This document shows, piece after piece, positions 12,538 through 21,510 of a stretch of 64,000 nt of DNA. The stretch is from positions 48,769 to 112,768 of the forward strand of contig QHUT01000053.1 in the NCBI GenBank assembly GCA_003222055.1, given 5' to 3'. This DNA is from Gemmatimonadota bacterium (GTDB lineage Bacteria > Gemmatimonadota > Gemmatimonadetes > Gemmatimonadales > GWC2-71-9). The translations under genes were made by a program, and so were the position numbers. The notes beneath the pieces were generated by a model, which searched no databases, was not told where the DNA came from, and saw only the letters and a list, made by a program, of their open reading frames with translations. Within the stretch, counting starts at the first letter, position 1. Each line of letters opens with the position of its first letter.

Positions 12538-12810
12538 TCAGCTCAAGAACCGGTGGGCCAGCTGTTCCAGCCGCTCATCGCCGTCGGCCCGAGCTCGCTC
12601 GAGGAGGCGCTCGACGTGCACGCGCAGCTTCGGCTCCCCCCAGTAGTAGCCCGTGGCCCGCTCGGCGCTCGGGGTCTCGCCGGCGCGCGCGGCCTCGAGC
12701 AGCGCCGCGGCGGCTGCGGCGTCGAAACCAGGGTCGTCGCGCGGCGGCAGCCCGTAGCTCTTGCGTGGTCCGCTCTCGCCGGCGTCTTCCTTGACGAACG
12801 CGCGCGACAC
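12538..12810 (-). CDS. Small hypothetical protein with N-terminal SRAFVKED motif
   Basis: GTG start, 90 aa, fits between xerD and fpg on the same strand; N-terminus resembles that of GreA/GreB-like paralogs. Confidence 0.65.
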   Translation of the reverse strand: MSRAFVKEDAGESGPRKSYGLPPRDDPGFDAAAAAALLEAARAGETPSAERATGYYWGEPKLRVHVERLLERARADGDERLEQLAHRFLS

Positions 12811-12820
12811 GTGACCGACC

Positions 12821-13735
12821 TCACCCACGCGGATGATAGGTCTTGTGAACGGTGCGGAGGTAGTCCCGGTCCACGTGGGTGTAGAGCTGCGTGGTCGTGA
12901 GGTCCGCGTGCCCGAGCATCTCCTGCACGGCGCGCAGGTCGGCGCCTCCCTCGAGGAGGTGCGTGGCGAACGTGTGGCGCAGCGTGTGGGGCGTGACGCG
13001 CTTCGTCAGCCCCGCGAGCCGGGCGGCGCGCTTGATGATGGCCCAGGCCCCGACCCGCGACAGAGGCGTGCCGCGGGCATTCAGGAACACGATTCCCCGA
13101 CCTTTGCCGCGGTCGAACCGCGGTCGGATCTCGCGCACGTACAACGCGACCGCGCCCAGGGCGCGGCGGCCCAGCGGGACGACGCGCTCCTTCGAGCCCT
13201 TCCCGAAAATCCGGGCTACGCCGTCCTCGTACAGGACGTCCTGGAGCGCGAGCCCCACCACCTCGGATACGCGCGCCCCGGTCGCGTACGCGAACTCGAG
13301 CACGGCCCGGTCGCGAATGGCGAGTGGCTCGTCGGTATTGGGCGCGCCCAGCAGGCGCTCGACCTCCGGGACCGACAGCACCGTGGGAAGCCGGCGCCAC
13401 TGACTGGGACGCTCGAGCCGCTCGCTCGGGTCCCGCGCGACTCGGCCTTCGCCGATCAGGAACCGATAGTAGGTGCGAACCGCCGAGATCTGACGCCGAA
13501 TGGTGGAGGGAGCCAGGCCGAGATCCTTAAGGGCGTAGACGAACTCTCGGAGCGCGACGCTCGTCACGTCTGCCGGGCCGCGGGCGCCTCGAGCGGCGGC
13601 GTGCCCCGCGAGTCGTCGCACGTCGCGCACGTAGTTCGTCACCGTGTGAGCGCTGTTCCCCGCCTCGAGCGCGAGGTAGTCGCGAAACAACTCGAGGCAA
13701 AAAGCTCCGGCGAGCCGGTCGGCGGGCCGATCCAT
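12821..13735 (-). CDS. xerD: Site-specific tyrosine recombinase XerD
   Basis: RDRAVLEFAYATGARVSE, GKGSKER, TPHTLRHTFATHLLEGGADLRAVQEMLGHA..TTQLYTHV. Confidence 0.92.
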   Translation of the reverse strand: MDRPADRLAGAFCLELFRDYLALEAGNSAHTVTNYVRDVRRLAGHAAARGARGPADVTSVALREFVYALKDLGLAPSTIRRQISAVRTYYRFLIGEGRVARDPSERLERPSQWRRLPTVLSVPEVERLLGAPNTDEPLAIRDRAVLEFAYATGARVSEVVGLALQDVLYEDGVARIFGKGSKERVVPLGRRALGAVALYVREIRPRFDRGKGRGIVFLNARGTPLSRVGAWAIIKRAARLAGLTKRVTPHTLRHTFATHLLEGGADLRAVQEMLGHADLTTTQLYTHVDRDYLRTVHKTYHPRG

Positions 13736-13911
13736 GGGTGTCCCTAGAATAACGCCCTCCGACGGTGCACGCCTCCGGCGATGCGCCTAGTGTTGCGTCG
13801 ACCCTACACCCGGTGCTCAGCCGGGTTCGCTATCGATCACGGATCCGCGGCGGCAGCGCGCACAAGTTTTGCGGATCGGGGGTTGAATGGTCAAGCCCGC
13901 GTAACTGCAAC

Positions 13912-15105
13912 GTGGAGAGGCACCTGACGACAGCCGTCCGGATTCAGGCGATGCTAGCGAGCGACGAGCACGCCGCTGCCATCGCCACGTTCAACCGGCA
14001 GATCTGGGGCGATGGGGCGACCGGCGAGGGAGTACTCGCCTCTCGGCGCCGGTCGGCTGCCGACAACGTCGTTGCACCCGGCCAAGCGCCCCCCTTCGTC
14101 ATCGTCGTGGAGGGGACTCGCGTGATCGCCGCTTGCGGCTCCATCCCGCAGCGGCTGTGGGACGGGGTTGGAGAACACCCGGCCTACTGGGTGAAGGGGC
14201 TCATGGTGCTGCCCGAGTACCGCGGCGGCCCGCTCGGTTATCTGGTGCTGAAGGAGCTGCTGTCGCACCTCGTCGCGGCGACCGGTCGGGTGACGGCGCT
14301 CGCGGCGGCTCCGGCGGCCCGGCGCCTGTTCACGGCCCTCGGCTGCGCCGATCTCGGCGCCGTGCCCAACTTCCTGCGTCCCCTGCGTCCGGCCCGAATC
14401 GCCCGCCGCTTGGACGTGGCCGCCATTGGGCTCGACCTGCCGCGAGCGGTCGCCATGGGGGTGCGAGTCGCGCAGCGTTCGGGGCTCGCGTACCTGGCGG
14501 GAGTCGCGGGTGTCGCCCTCGACTGCGCGGCCGCACTCGGGCGTCGCGGTGCGGCCCGTGTGGCGACGACGTACAGCAGCGAGGCCCCAGGCCGGGATGA
14601 ACTCGACGCGATGTGGCGCGGCGCGCGCGGTGCGCTCGCGGCGAGCCAGGTGCGCGACGGCCTGTACCTCCTGTGGCGCTTCGGGCCAGAGGGCGGCATG
14701 GAGCCGGACGGCAACCCGTACGGGTTCGTCACCGCGCGGGACGCCGGGCACCTCGTCGGCGTCGTCGCGTTGCGCCGCCCCAAGGCGGTGAGCGACCCCC
14801 GATTGCGGGGTACTCGCGTAGCGACGATTTCGGACATTGTATTTCCGCCGGAGCGCGCGGACATCGGGCTGGCGCTGCTGGGCGGCGTCGAACGGGCGGC
14901 TCGCACCGCCGGCGCCGACGGCATCCTTTGCAGCACCGGCCATCGCGCGCTCGTGCCGCTGCTGCGGAGACAGGCGTACCTGCGGCTGCCGGGAAACATG
15001 CATTTCTTTCTGCGCGACGTCACCGACACGGCCCGACGCTGGCCGAGCGACCTCGCGTCCTGGTGGCTGGCTCGTGGGGACGACAAGGAGGACGGAGTCC
15101 TGTGA
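13912..15105 (+). CDS. Tandem GNAT-fold acyltransferase-like protein
   Basis: LMVLPEYRGGPLG acetyl-CoA-loop-like motif; two GNAT-like halves (YLLWRF..NPY, ISDIV); start GTG 13912 or ATG 13951. Confidence 0.6.
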   Translation: MERHLTTAVRIQAMLASDEHAAAIATFNRQIWGDGATGEGVLASRRRSAADNVVAPGQAPPFVIVVEGTRVIAACGSIPQRLWDGVGEHPAYWVKGLMVLPEYRGGPLGYLVLKELLSHLVAATGRVTALAAAPAARRLFTALGCADLGAVPNFLRPLRPARIARRLDVAAIGLDLPRAVAMGVRVAQRSGLAYLAGVAGVALDCAAALGRRGAARVATTYSSEAPGRDELDAMWRGARGALAASQVRDGLYLLWRFGPEGGMEPDGNPYGFVTARDAGHLVGVVALRRPKAVSDPRLRGTRVATISDIVFPPERADIGLALLGGVERAARTAGADGILCSTGHRALVPLLRRQAYLRLPGNMHFFLRDVTDTARRWPSDLASWWLARGDDKEDGVL

Positions 15106-15377
15106 ATCCCAATACCGACCGGCTCGCGAACGGGCCGCCCATGCCCGCGGAGGTCGAGGCCAAGCTGGCGGCGATCGTGCGGGCGGTGCTCGACCTTCCA
15201 CCGGAGATGGATGTGACGGGCGCGGAGCAGACGGCCATCGGGACGTGGGATTCGTTGGCCCACGTGTCCCTCATGCTGGCGCTCGAGAGTGAATTCGGAA
15301 TCTCAATCGACGTCACGGATCAGGTGCGCCTGACCTCGTACCGCGCGATCCACGACTGGCTCGCCGAGCGGCGATGA
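15102..15377 (+). CDS. Acyl carrier protein (stand-alone)
   Basis: WDSLAHVSLMLALESEFGI phosphopantetheinylation motif; GTG overlaps GNAT stop, stop overlaps FkbH ATG. Confidence 0.88.
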   Translation: MNPNTDRLANGPPMPAEVEAKLAAIVRAVLDLPPEMDVTGAEQTAIGTWDSLAHVSLMLALESEFGISIDVTDQVRLTSYRAIHDWLAERR

Positions 15378-17005
15378 ACTTCCTCGAGGCGCGGCGCGTC
15401 GTGAGCAGCTTCGCGGGCGGCCCGCCCCTGCCCCTCCAGTTCGCGTTGTCCGGTACCGGCGAGCCCTTCGAGCTGTACCTCCAGGCGGCCGCCGCCGTGC
15501 GCGGCCGCGCCGCAGAGGTGCGCTTCCTTCCCTTCAACACACTCGCCCAGGCCCTGCGGCGCGAGCCGGACCCCGCCCTGACCGAGGTGTTCCTCCTCCT
15601 CCCGTGGGACTTCGCGCCGGAGACGGACTGGCGATCTGGTGTCCCCGACGTGGTGGATGCCGAGCAGGTGCGCGTGCGCGCGACGGAGACGGCCGGACTC
15701 CTGGCCCGCCGTGGTAGCGCTCGCCTCCTGTATCTCCCGGCGGCCGTGCCGCCGGTCCTGCCGGATCCCGCGCGCAACGAGGCCCAGGCCCTGTGGTTGC
15801 AGAGCCTTGCGGTCGAGTTGGGCGCGCGCACCCTTCCGCCCGAGGCGTTCGCGCTGGGCGGCTACCTGGCCAGTGGCTGCCCCGTCGGAGGAAGTTGGAT
15901 CGGCCGGGTCGCCGACGCGGCGGTGGAGGCGGCGCTGACGCCCCGACTCGAGCCCAAAAAGGTATTGGTCACCGACCTCGACAACGTGGTGTGGGGCGGT
16001 GTCCTCGCGGAGGATGGCCTCGGCGGTATCGCGTGCGAGCCGGCCGGCCGGGGAGCGCGTCATTTCGTGTACCAGAGCTTCCTGCGCCGGCTGCAACGCG
16101 AAGGCACATTGCTGGCTGCGGTGAGCCGCAACGACCCCGAGGTCGCGCTCGCGGCGTTCCGATCGGGACGGCTGCTCCTGCAGGAACCGGATTTCGTCGC
16201 GATACTCGCGAGCTATCACGCCAAGTCGGCGCAGATCCGAGAGCTGGCCGAGCGCCTCAACCTCGCCCCGGACGCGTTCGTGTTCGTCGACGACAACCCC
16301 GTGGAGCTCGCGGAGGTGGCGCTCGCGCTCCCCGCGGTGCAGTGTGTCGCGTTCCCGCAGCGTGACGACGACCTCGCGCGCTTTCTCGGGACCCTGGCGG
16401 GGCTGTTTCCGCACGGTACCATAACGGCAGAGGATCGCGCGCGCACCGCCATGTACCGGCGGCGGCTCGCGGGTCTCGTGCCGAGCGAGCTGCAGGGCGC
16501 CGACCTCACGCGATTCCTTGAGGGCCTGCGGATGACCTTGACGATCCACGATCGGACGCGGGGCGACCGCGCGCGGGTGGTGCAGCTCATCGACAAGACG
16601 AATCAATTCAACTTGAATGGCCGTCGCTACACCGACGAGGAGATCGGCAAGATCCTCGACGCCGGCGGCCGCTTGTTCGGTGTGACCCTCAACGACCGGA
16701 CGGGGTCGCACGGCGAGATTCTAGCCTGCCTGATCGGGGCCGACGGCGTCGTGGAGGCGCTCGTCATGTCGTGCCGGGTGTTTCAGCGCCGGGTCGAGTA
16801 CGCGTTCCTGGCGTGGCTCGGCGCGCAGTCGAATCCTCCCAGAGCTCTCGCGTGGGTGGGAACAGCGCGGAATGCACCGCTCCGGCAGTTCCTATCCGAA
16901 GTCGCGGGCCCGTTGAACGGCGACGGCGTCGTGCCGCTCGACGCGGCCGGGGTCGCCGCGCGCTACGCGGCCGACCTCGGGCTGTTCGCCGTCTCCCCGG
17001 CATGA
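15374..17005 (+). CDS. FkbH-like HAD-IIIC phosphatase / glyceryl-ACP synthase
   Basis: KVLVTDLDNVVWGG, SRND, FVDDNPVE, KTNQFNL, MSCRV. Confidence 0.9.
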   Translation: MNFLEARRVVSSFAGGPPLPLQFALSGTGEPFELYLQAAAAVRGRAAEVRFLPFNTLAQALRREPDPALTEVFLLLPWDFAPETDWRSGVPDVVDAEQVRVRATETAGLLARRGSARLLYLPAAVPPVLPDPARNEAQALWLQSLAVELGARTLPPEAFALGGYLASGCPVGGSWIGRVADAAVEAALTPRLEPKKVLVTDLDNVVWGGVLAEDGLGGIACEPAGRGARHFVYQSFLRRLQREGTLLAAVSRNDPEVALAAFRSGRLLLQEPDFVAILASYHAKSAQIRELAERLNLAPDAFVFVDDNPVELAEVALALPAVQCVAFPQRDDDLARFLGTLAGLFPHGTITAEDRARTAMYRRRLAGLVPSELQGADLTRFLEGLRMTLTIHDRTRGDRARVVQLIDKTNQFNLNGRRYTDEEIGKILDAGGRLFGVTLNDRTGSHGEILACLIGADGVVEALVMSCRVFQRRVEYAFLAWLGAQSNPPRALAWVGTARNAPLRQFLSEVAGPLNGDGVVPLDAAGVAARYAADLGLFAVSPA

Positions 17006-17970
17006 GCAACGCCCGTTGGAACGGGGGCGGGCCGTTTCCCGCCGGGGCGCGCTTCGCGTTCACCGTAATGGACGACACCGACGTGGCGACCGTCGAGAAC
17101 GTGCGACCGATATACCGCCTGCTCGAGTCCCTCGGGATGCGGACCACGAAGACGGTCTGGCCGGTGCGGTGCGAGGAAGGGAGCGCCGATTTCTCGCTCT
17201 CCGAGACGATGGACGACCCACACTATTGCGACTTCGTGATGGATCTGCACACCCGCGGATTCGAAATGGCGTTCCACGGCGCCACGATGGAGACGAGCCC
17301 CCGGCAGCGGACTGAGCGCGCCCTGGAGCGTTTCTGCCGGGCGTTCGGAGCGCCGCCGCGCGTGCACGCGAACCACGCCTACAATCGCGAAAACCTGTAC
17401 TGGGGAAGCGGGCGACTCGACGACCGCGTGCTCCGGCTGCTGTACGCGCGCGTGCTCGGCGAGGCGTCGGACGGCTACCTCGGCCACGTGCCGGGATCGC
17501 CATACTGGTGGGGCGACTTGTGCGTGGCGCAAATCGAGTACGTGCGCAATCTGACGTTCTCGGAAATCAACCTGCTCCGCGTGAATCCGTCCATGCCGTA
17601 CCGGGATCCGCTCAGGCCCTACGCCCGCTGGTGGTTCTCGGCGTCCCACGCCGAAGACGTAAGCGAGTTCAACCGCCTCCTGCAGCCGGCGAACCAGGAG
17701 CGTCTCGAAGCCGAGGGCGGCGTGTGTATCGTGGCGACGCACTTCGGCAAAGGGTTCGCCCCGGCCGGCAGGCCGGACCCCGAGACCGAGCGGCTGCTCG
17801 GCCTGCTGGCGCGGCGCAGCGGATGGTTCGCGCCAGTGGGTGAGGTGCTCGACTGGCTGCGCGCGCGCCGCGACACGGATGCGCTCCCGGCCGGCGAGTG
17901 GCGTCGCATGCAGTGGCGCTGGGCGCGAGACCTGCTGAGGCGTCGCCTCGCGGCGCTCGCTACCGCCTGA
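17002..17970 (+). CDS. Polysaccharide-deacetylase-like (NodB-type barrel) hypothetical protein
   Basis: FAFTVMDDTD, GFEMAFHG, NHAYN, ATHFGKGF, WFAPVGEVLDWL; ATG overlaps FkbH stop. Confidence 0.55.
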   Translation: MSNARWNGGGPFPAGARFAFTVMDDTDVATVENVRPIYRLLESLGMRTTKTVWPVRCEEGSADFSLSETMDDPHYCDFVMDLHTRGFEMAFHGATMETSPRQRTERALERFCRAFGAPPRVHANHAYNRENLYWGSGRLDDRVLRLLYARVLGEASDGYLGHVPGSPYWWGDLCVAQIEYVRNLTFSEINLLRVNPSMPYRDPLRPYARWWFSASHAEDVSEFNRLLQPANQERLEAEGGVCIVATHFGKGFAPAGRPDPETERLLGLLARRSGWFAPVGEVLDWLRARRDTDALPAGEWRRMQWRWARDLLRRRLAALATA

Positions 17971-18562
17971 GCCGTCTCCAGATCCACGTCGCAAGCGCCA
18001 GGAGCCCGAGCACGCCGGCGCCCGCCAGCACTCCGTTCACGCGTGCCAGCCAGCCCAGGACCGCGTCGAGGTTCGTCCCCAGCGTCGCGACGCCATAGGT
18101 CAGCGTGCCGTACCACAGCCCGGAGGCGAGGGCGAGCGGCACGAGGGCGCGGGGGGCGGACAGGCCGGCGACGCCGGCGAACGGGGGCACCACCGCGCGC
18201 CACACGGGCAGCAGCCGAGACAGGAAGATCCCGTAGGCGCCGTGACGGCGGTACTGCGCCTCGATGTGCGCGAGCACCGGCGCCGGCAGCAGCCGGCGAC
18301 CCGTCGGGCGCGTGAAGAACGCGCGCCCGTAGCGCCGGCCGAGCCAGTACACCCCCGCGCCTCCGGCCACGTTGGCGCTCCACGTGAGGCCGAAGACCAC
18401 GCCCGCGTGGAGCGTCCCCCGGCCGGCGAGAAACGCGCCCAGCGCCACCGTGGTGTCGGCCGGCACGAGGGGAAAAACGTTCTCCAATGCCGCCAGCACG
18501 GCGATCAGAGTGTACAGGAGGCCCGGCGGGAGCTCCTGGAGGAACGCGAGGAGGTCGGTCAG
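17960..18562 (-). CDS. DedA family membrane protein (probable CTG start)
   Basis: ENVFPLVPAD, YWLGRRYG, SRLLPVWR..PPFAG; frame continues upstream of GTG 18499 as LTDLLAFLQELPPGLLY. Confidence 0.85.
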   Translation of the reverse strand: MTDLLAFLQELPPGLLYTLIAVLAALENVFPLVPADTTVALGAFLAGRGTLHAGVVFGLTWSANVAGGAGVYWLGRRYGRAFFTRPTGRRLLPAPVLAHIEAQYRRHGAYGIFLSRLLPVWRAVVPPFAGVAGLSAPRALVPLALASGLWYGTLTYGVATLGTNLDAVLGWLARVNGVLAGAGVLGLLALATWIWRRLRR

Positions 18563-18569
18563 GCCGGGC

Positions 18570-19043
18570 CTACGCGAGCAGCACCACGGCGATCACCGCT
18601 ACTCCCTCGCCCCGCCCGATCCATCCCATGCCTTCGTTGGTCTTGGCTTTGACGGACACGGTCGAGTAGCCGGCCACCAGGGCGGCGGCGAGCTTCTCGC
18701 GCATGCCGTCGATGTAGGGCGCGAGGTGGGGCTGCTCCATGATCACCGTGATGTCCGCGCTCACGAAGCTCAAGCCCGCTTCGACCACGCGCAGATGGGC
18801 GCGTTTCAGCAGGTCGAGTGAGTCGGCGTTCTTCCAGCGCGAGTTGGTCGGTGGGAACATCGTCCCGATGTCGCCCAGGCCCGCCGCGCCGAGGATGGCG
18901 TCGGTCAGGGCATGCGCGATGGCGTCGGCGTCGGAGTGTCCCGCGAGACCCCGCGGGTAGGGGATCTCCACGCCCCCGAGAATGAGCTTCCGGCCTTCGC
19001 CGTCGGCGAATCGGTGCGAGTCGTACCCCACGCCGACCCGCAT
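18570..19043 (-). CDS. ispF: 2-C-methyl-D-erythritol 2,4-cyclodiphosphate synthase
   Basis: MRVGVGYDSHRF, GHSDAD, DIGTMFP, KAKTNEGMG. Confidence 0.97.
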   Translation of the reverse strand: MRVGVGYDSHRFADGEGRKLILGGVEIPYPRGLAGHSDADAIAHALTDAILGAAGLGDIGTMFPPTNSRWKNADSLDLLKRAHLRVVEAGLSFVSADITVIMEQPHLAPYIDGMREKLAAALVAGYSTVSVKAKTNEGMGWIGRGEGVAVIAVVLLA

Positions 19044-19044
19044 C

Positions 19045-19440
19045 TCAGACTTTGAGAATGCGCACCGCGAGGTGTGCGGCGTTCTTGGCGTTGTCGATCC
19101 CGACGCACGCGACCGGGACACCGCCCGGCACCTGCGCCGTGGCGAGCAGCGCGTCGAGGCCGTTGAGCGGGCCGACCGCGAACGGCACGCCGATCACGGG
19201 CAGGTCGGTGAGCGATGCCGCGAAGCCGGGCAGGGCGGCGGACAACCCGGCGCCTGCGATGATCACCTTGAACCCCTTGGCCCTGGCCCCCGACACCAGT
19301 TTCGTCGTCTGCTCGGGCTGGCGGTGTGCGGAGGAGACGTGGAACTCGTAGCTGACGCCCGCCTGAGCGAGAATGTCGAAGGCGGGCTCGATCCGGGGCT
19401 TGTCGTTTTCGGAGCCGACGAGGATCAGCACGTCGGCCAC
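19045..19440 (-). CDS. purE: N5-CAIR mutase / AIR carboxylase family (short form)
   Basis: GSEND, SAHR, IAGAGLSAALPG, PVIGVP, GLDALL. Confidence 0.9.
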   Translation of the reverse strand: MADVLILVGSENDKPRIEPAFDILAQAGVSYEFHVSSAHRQPEQTTKLVSGARAKGFKVIIAGAGLSAALPGFAASLTDLPVIGVPFAVGPLNGLDALLATAQVPGGVPVACVGIDNAKNAAHLAVRILKV

Positions 19441-19441
19441 G

Positions 19442-20488
19442 TCAGGCCGCCTCGTCGATGAGGCGGTAGTCCTGGCGGCGCTTGCGGGGTGTGTAGCCCG
19501 CGTCCGCGATCAGCCGCTGCATCTCCGGCAGCGTCATGCGCCACGTGGTACCCGCGGCGGACACGACGTTCTCCTCCATCATCAGGGAGCCGAAGTCGTT
19601 GGCCCCGAATCGCAGCGCCACCTGACCGATCTTCGGGCCCATCGTCACCCAGGACGCCTGGATATTGGGCACGTTGTCGAGCACGATCCGCGCGATCGCC
19701 TGGGTGCGCAGGTAGGTGACGGCGTCGGTCTTGCCGAGGTGCTCGAGCCCGGTGTGCTCCGGCTGCAGCGGCCAACAAATGAAAGCGGTGAACCCGCCGG
19801 TCCGGGCCTGCACCTCGCGTACGCGAAAGAGATGCTCGATGCGATCGGCGAGGGTCTCGCCCAGGCCGTACATCATGGTGACGGACGTGCGGAGCCCCCG
19901 CCGGTGGGCCGTCTCCATCACCTCGAGCCAGCGGTCGGCGCCCGCCTTCTTGCGGGCGACCCGGTCGCGGACCTCCTGCACCAGGATCTCCCCGCCCCCG
20001 CCCGGAATCGAGTCGAGCCCCGCCGCGACGAGCTCACGGATCACCTCATCGATGCTCATCCCGAAGCGACCGGCGAAGAAATCGACCTCCGACGGCGAGA
20101 ACCCGTGGATGTGGATGGGGTGGTGCTGCTTGATGTAGCGCAGCAGGTCGAGGTACCACGCGAACGGGATATAGGGGTTATGCCCGCCCTGGATCAGGAT
20201 CTGCACGCCGCCCAGCGCCTTGAGCTCGTCGATCTTGCGGCCGATCTCCTCGAACGACAGGACGTAACCCTCGGCGTGCTTCGGTCGCCGGTAGAACGCG
20301 CAAAACTTGCAGTCGGCGACGCACACGTTCGTGTAGTTGATGTTCCGGTCGATGATGTAGCTGACGACGTTGTCCGGGTGCAGCGTCCAGCGCGCCTGGT
20401 CGGCGAGCGCGCCCAGCTCGAGCAGCGACGCCCGTTCGTACAGCTCCACGAAGCCGCGGAATTCGGTGGACATGCGGTCCGGCCGCAT
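19442..20488 (-). CDS. mqnC: Cyclic dehypoxanthine futalosine synthase (radical SAM)
   Basis: IDRNINYTNVCVADCKFCAF, PGGGGEIL, QASWVT, GSLMMEENVV. Confidence 0.93.
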   Translation of the reverse strand: MRPDRMSTEFRGFVELYERASLLELGALADQARWTLHPDNVVSYIIDRNINYTNVCVADCKFCAFYRRPKHAEGYVLSFEEIGRKIDELKALGGVQILIQGGHNPYIPFAWYLDLLRYIKQHHPIHIHGFSPSEVDFFAGRFGMSIDEVIRELVAAGLDSIPGGGGEILVQEVRDRVARKKAGADRWLEVMETAHRRGLRTSVTMMYGLGETLADRIEHLFRVREVQARTGGFTAFICWPLQPEHTGLEHLGKTDAVTYLRTQAIARIVLDNVPNIQASWVTMGPKIGQVALRFGANDFGSLMMEENVVSAAGTTWRMTLPEMQRLIADAGYTPRKRRQDYRLIDEAA

Positions 20489-21309
20489 CAGGCCACCTCG
20501 AGGTAGCGGAGCGCCGCGGCCGGGGCGAGCCCGTGCGCCGCCAGCTTGGCGAAGAACGTCGCCAGGCCCGCCAGATGACGCTGGGTGAAGGCGTAATCGA
20601 GCCCCGCGAAGTACTCGCGACATTCGCCCGTCGGCACGCCCGAGACGCGATGCGCCTCGGCGGCGAGCACGTCGAGATGCGCCAGCCCCCAGTCGCGCGA
20701 CTGGAGCAGCACGGCGTGAACGCGGTCCGCCGCCGCCCGGTCCACGGCGCGCCGCGCGGCCCACACGGCGAACACGAACGGCAGCCCGGTCCAGCGCTTC
20801 CACACCTCTCCCAGATCCACGCGATGGGGGTAGGCGTGCCGCGCGGCGAGCAGCAGCGCCGCGTCGCCGATCACCAGCACGGCGTCGTGCGGCAGCCGGC
20901 CCAGCGCGTCGAGGTCGGTCGCTTCGGCGCGGGCCTGCGCGTAATGCGGCCGCACGCGCCACACGTCGCGGCACAGGAGCTCGAGCAGCGCCACGCCGGT
21001 GCGCGACGAGGCGGTGAGCAGCACCGTGCGGCCGTCCAAGGTGTCGACCGGGACCTTGCTGAACAGCGCCACGCTCTTGACGGGTCCGTCGCTCGTGATC
21101 CCGATGCCCGGCAGCAGCCGCAACAGTCCGGCGTTGCGGGCGAACTCCACGGCGCTGATCACGCTCAGGTCCAGCTCTCCGGCCACCAGCAGGTCGTTCA
21201 GCTCGGCGGGGGTACCCGTGACGAGGCCCGCCGCCACGCGCACGATTCCGCGATCGATCGCGCCGTAGACCGGGAAACAGTTGATGTAGGCGATCCGGCC
21301 CAATCGCAT
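20488..21309 (-). CDS. mqnA: Chorismate dehydratase
   Basis: GRIAYINCFP, GPVKSV, SRTG, IGDAAL, DLGEVW..WTGLPFVFAVW; SD AAGGAGG. Confidence 0.92.
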   Translation of the reverse strand: MRLGRIAYINCFPVYGAIDRGIVRVAAGLVTGTPAELNDLLVAGELDLSVISAVEFARNAGLLRLLPGIGITSDGPVKSVALFSKVPVDTLDGRTVLLTASSRTGVALLELLCRDVWRVRPHYAQARAEATDLDALGRLPHDAVLVIGDAALLLAARHAYPHRVDLGEVWKRWTGLPFVFAVWAARRAVDRAAADRVHAVLLQSRDWGLAHLDVLAAEAHRVSGVPTGECREYFAGLDYAFTQRHLAGLATFFAKLAAHGLAPAAALRYLEVA

Positions 21310-21329
21310 GCAGGCCGTCCTCCTTGCCA

Positions 21330-21510
21330 CCCCGGGCTTCTCGCCCGGGGTCAGTTGGGTCCCCTACTCCGCGCTCTCGATTGCTTGCAGCACGGGCAGG
21401 GTTCGCTGACCCCGGGCGCGAGCCTGGGGACGATGGGAGATCTCGAAGGTGGGCCCCTCCGGGCCCTCCGGCCTGACTCCGGGGACCCCGGGCTTGCGTC
21501 CCGGGTCAGT
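21330..21510. repeat. Cluster of three REP-like palindromes in alternating orientation (BIME-like); two lie inside the mqnE 3' end
   Basis: 21330-21355 (+), 21406-21429 (-), 21486-21510 (+), all matching the 11615 copy. Confidence 0.75.

Noticed and set aside
13858-13873. sigma54 promoter GCGCAC-AAGTT-TTGCG upstream of the GNAT gene
   Set aside because: The invariant -24 GG is CG
12821-17970. xerD as the integrase of an island carrying the FkbH cassette
   Set aside because: The sequence is typical housekeeping XerD; I found no att repeats, tRNA or dif-like site
21310-21363. Relay mini-ORF at mqnE-mqnA
   Set aside because: The stop is TAG with no overlapping start, and mqnA has its own strong SD (AAGGAGG)
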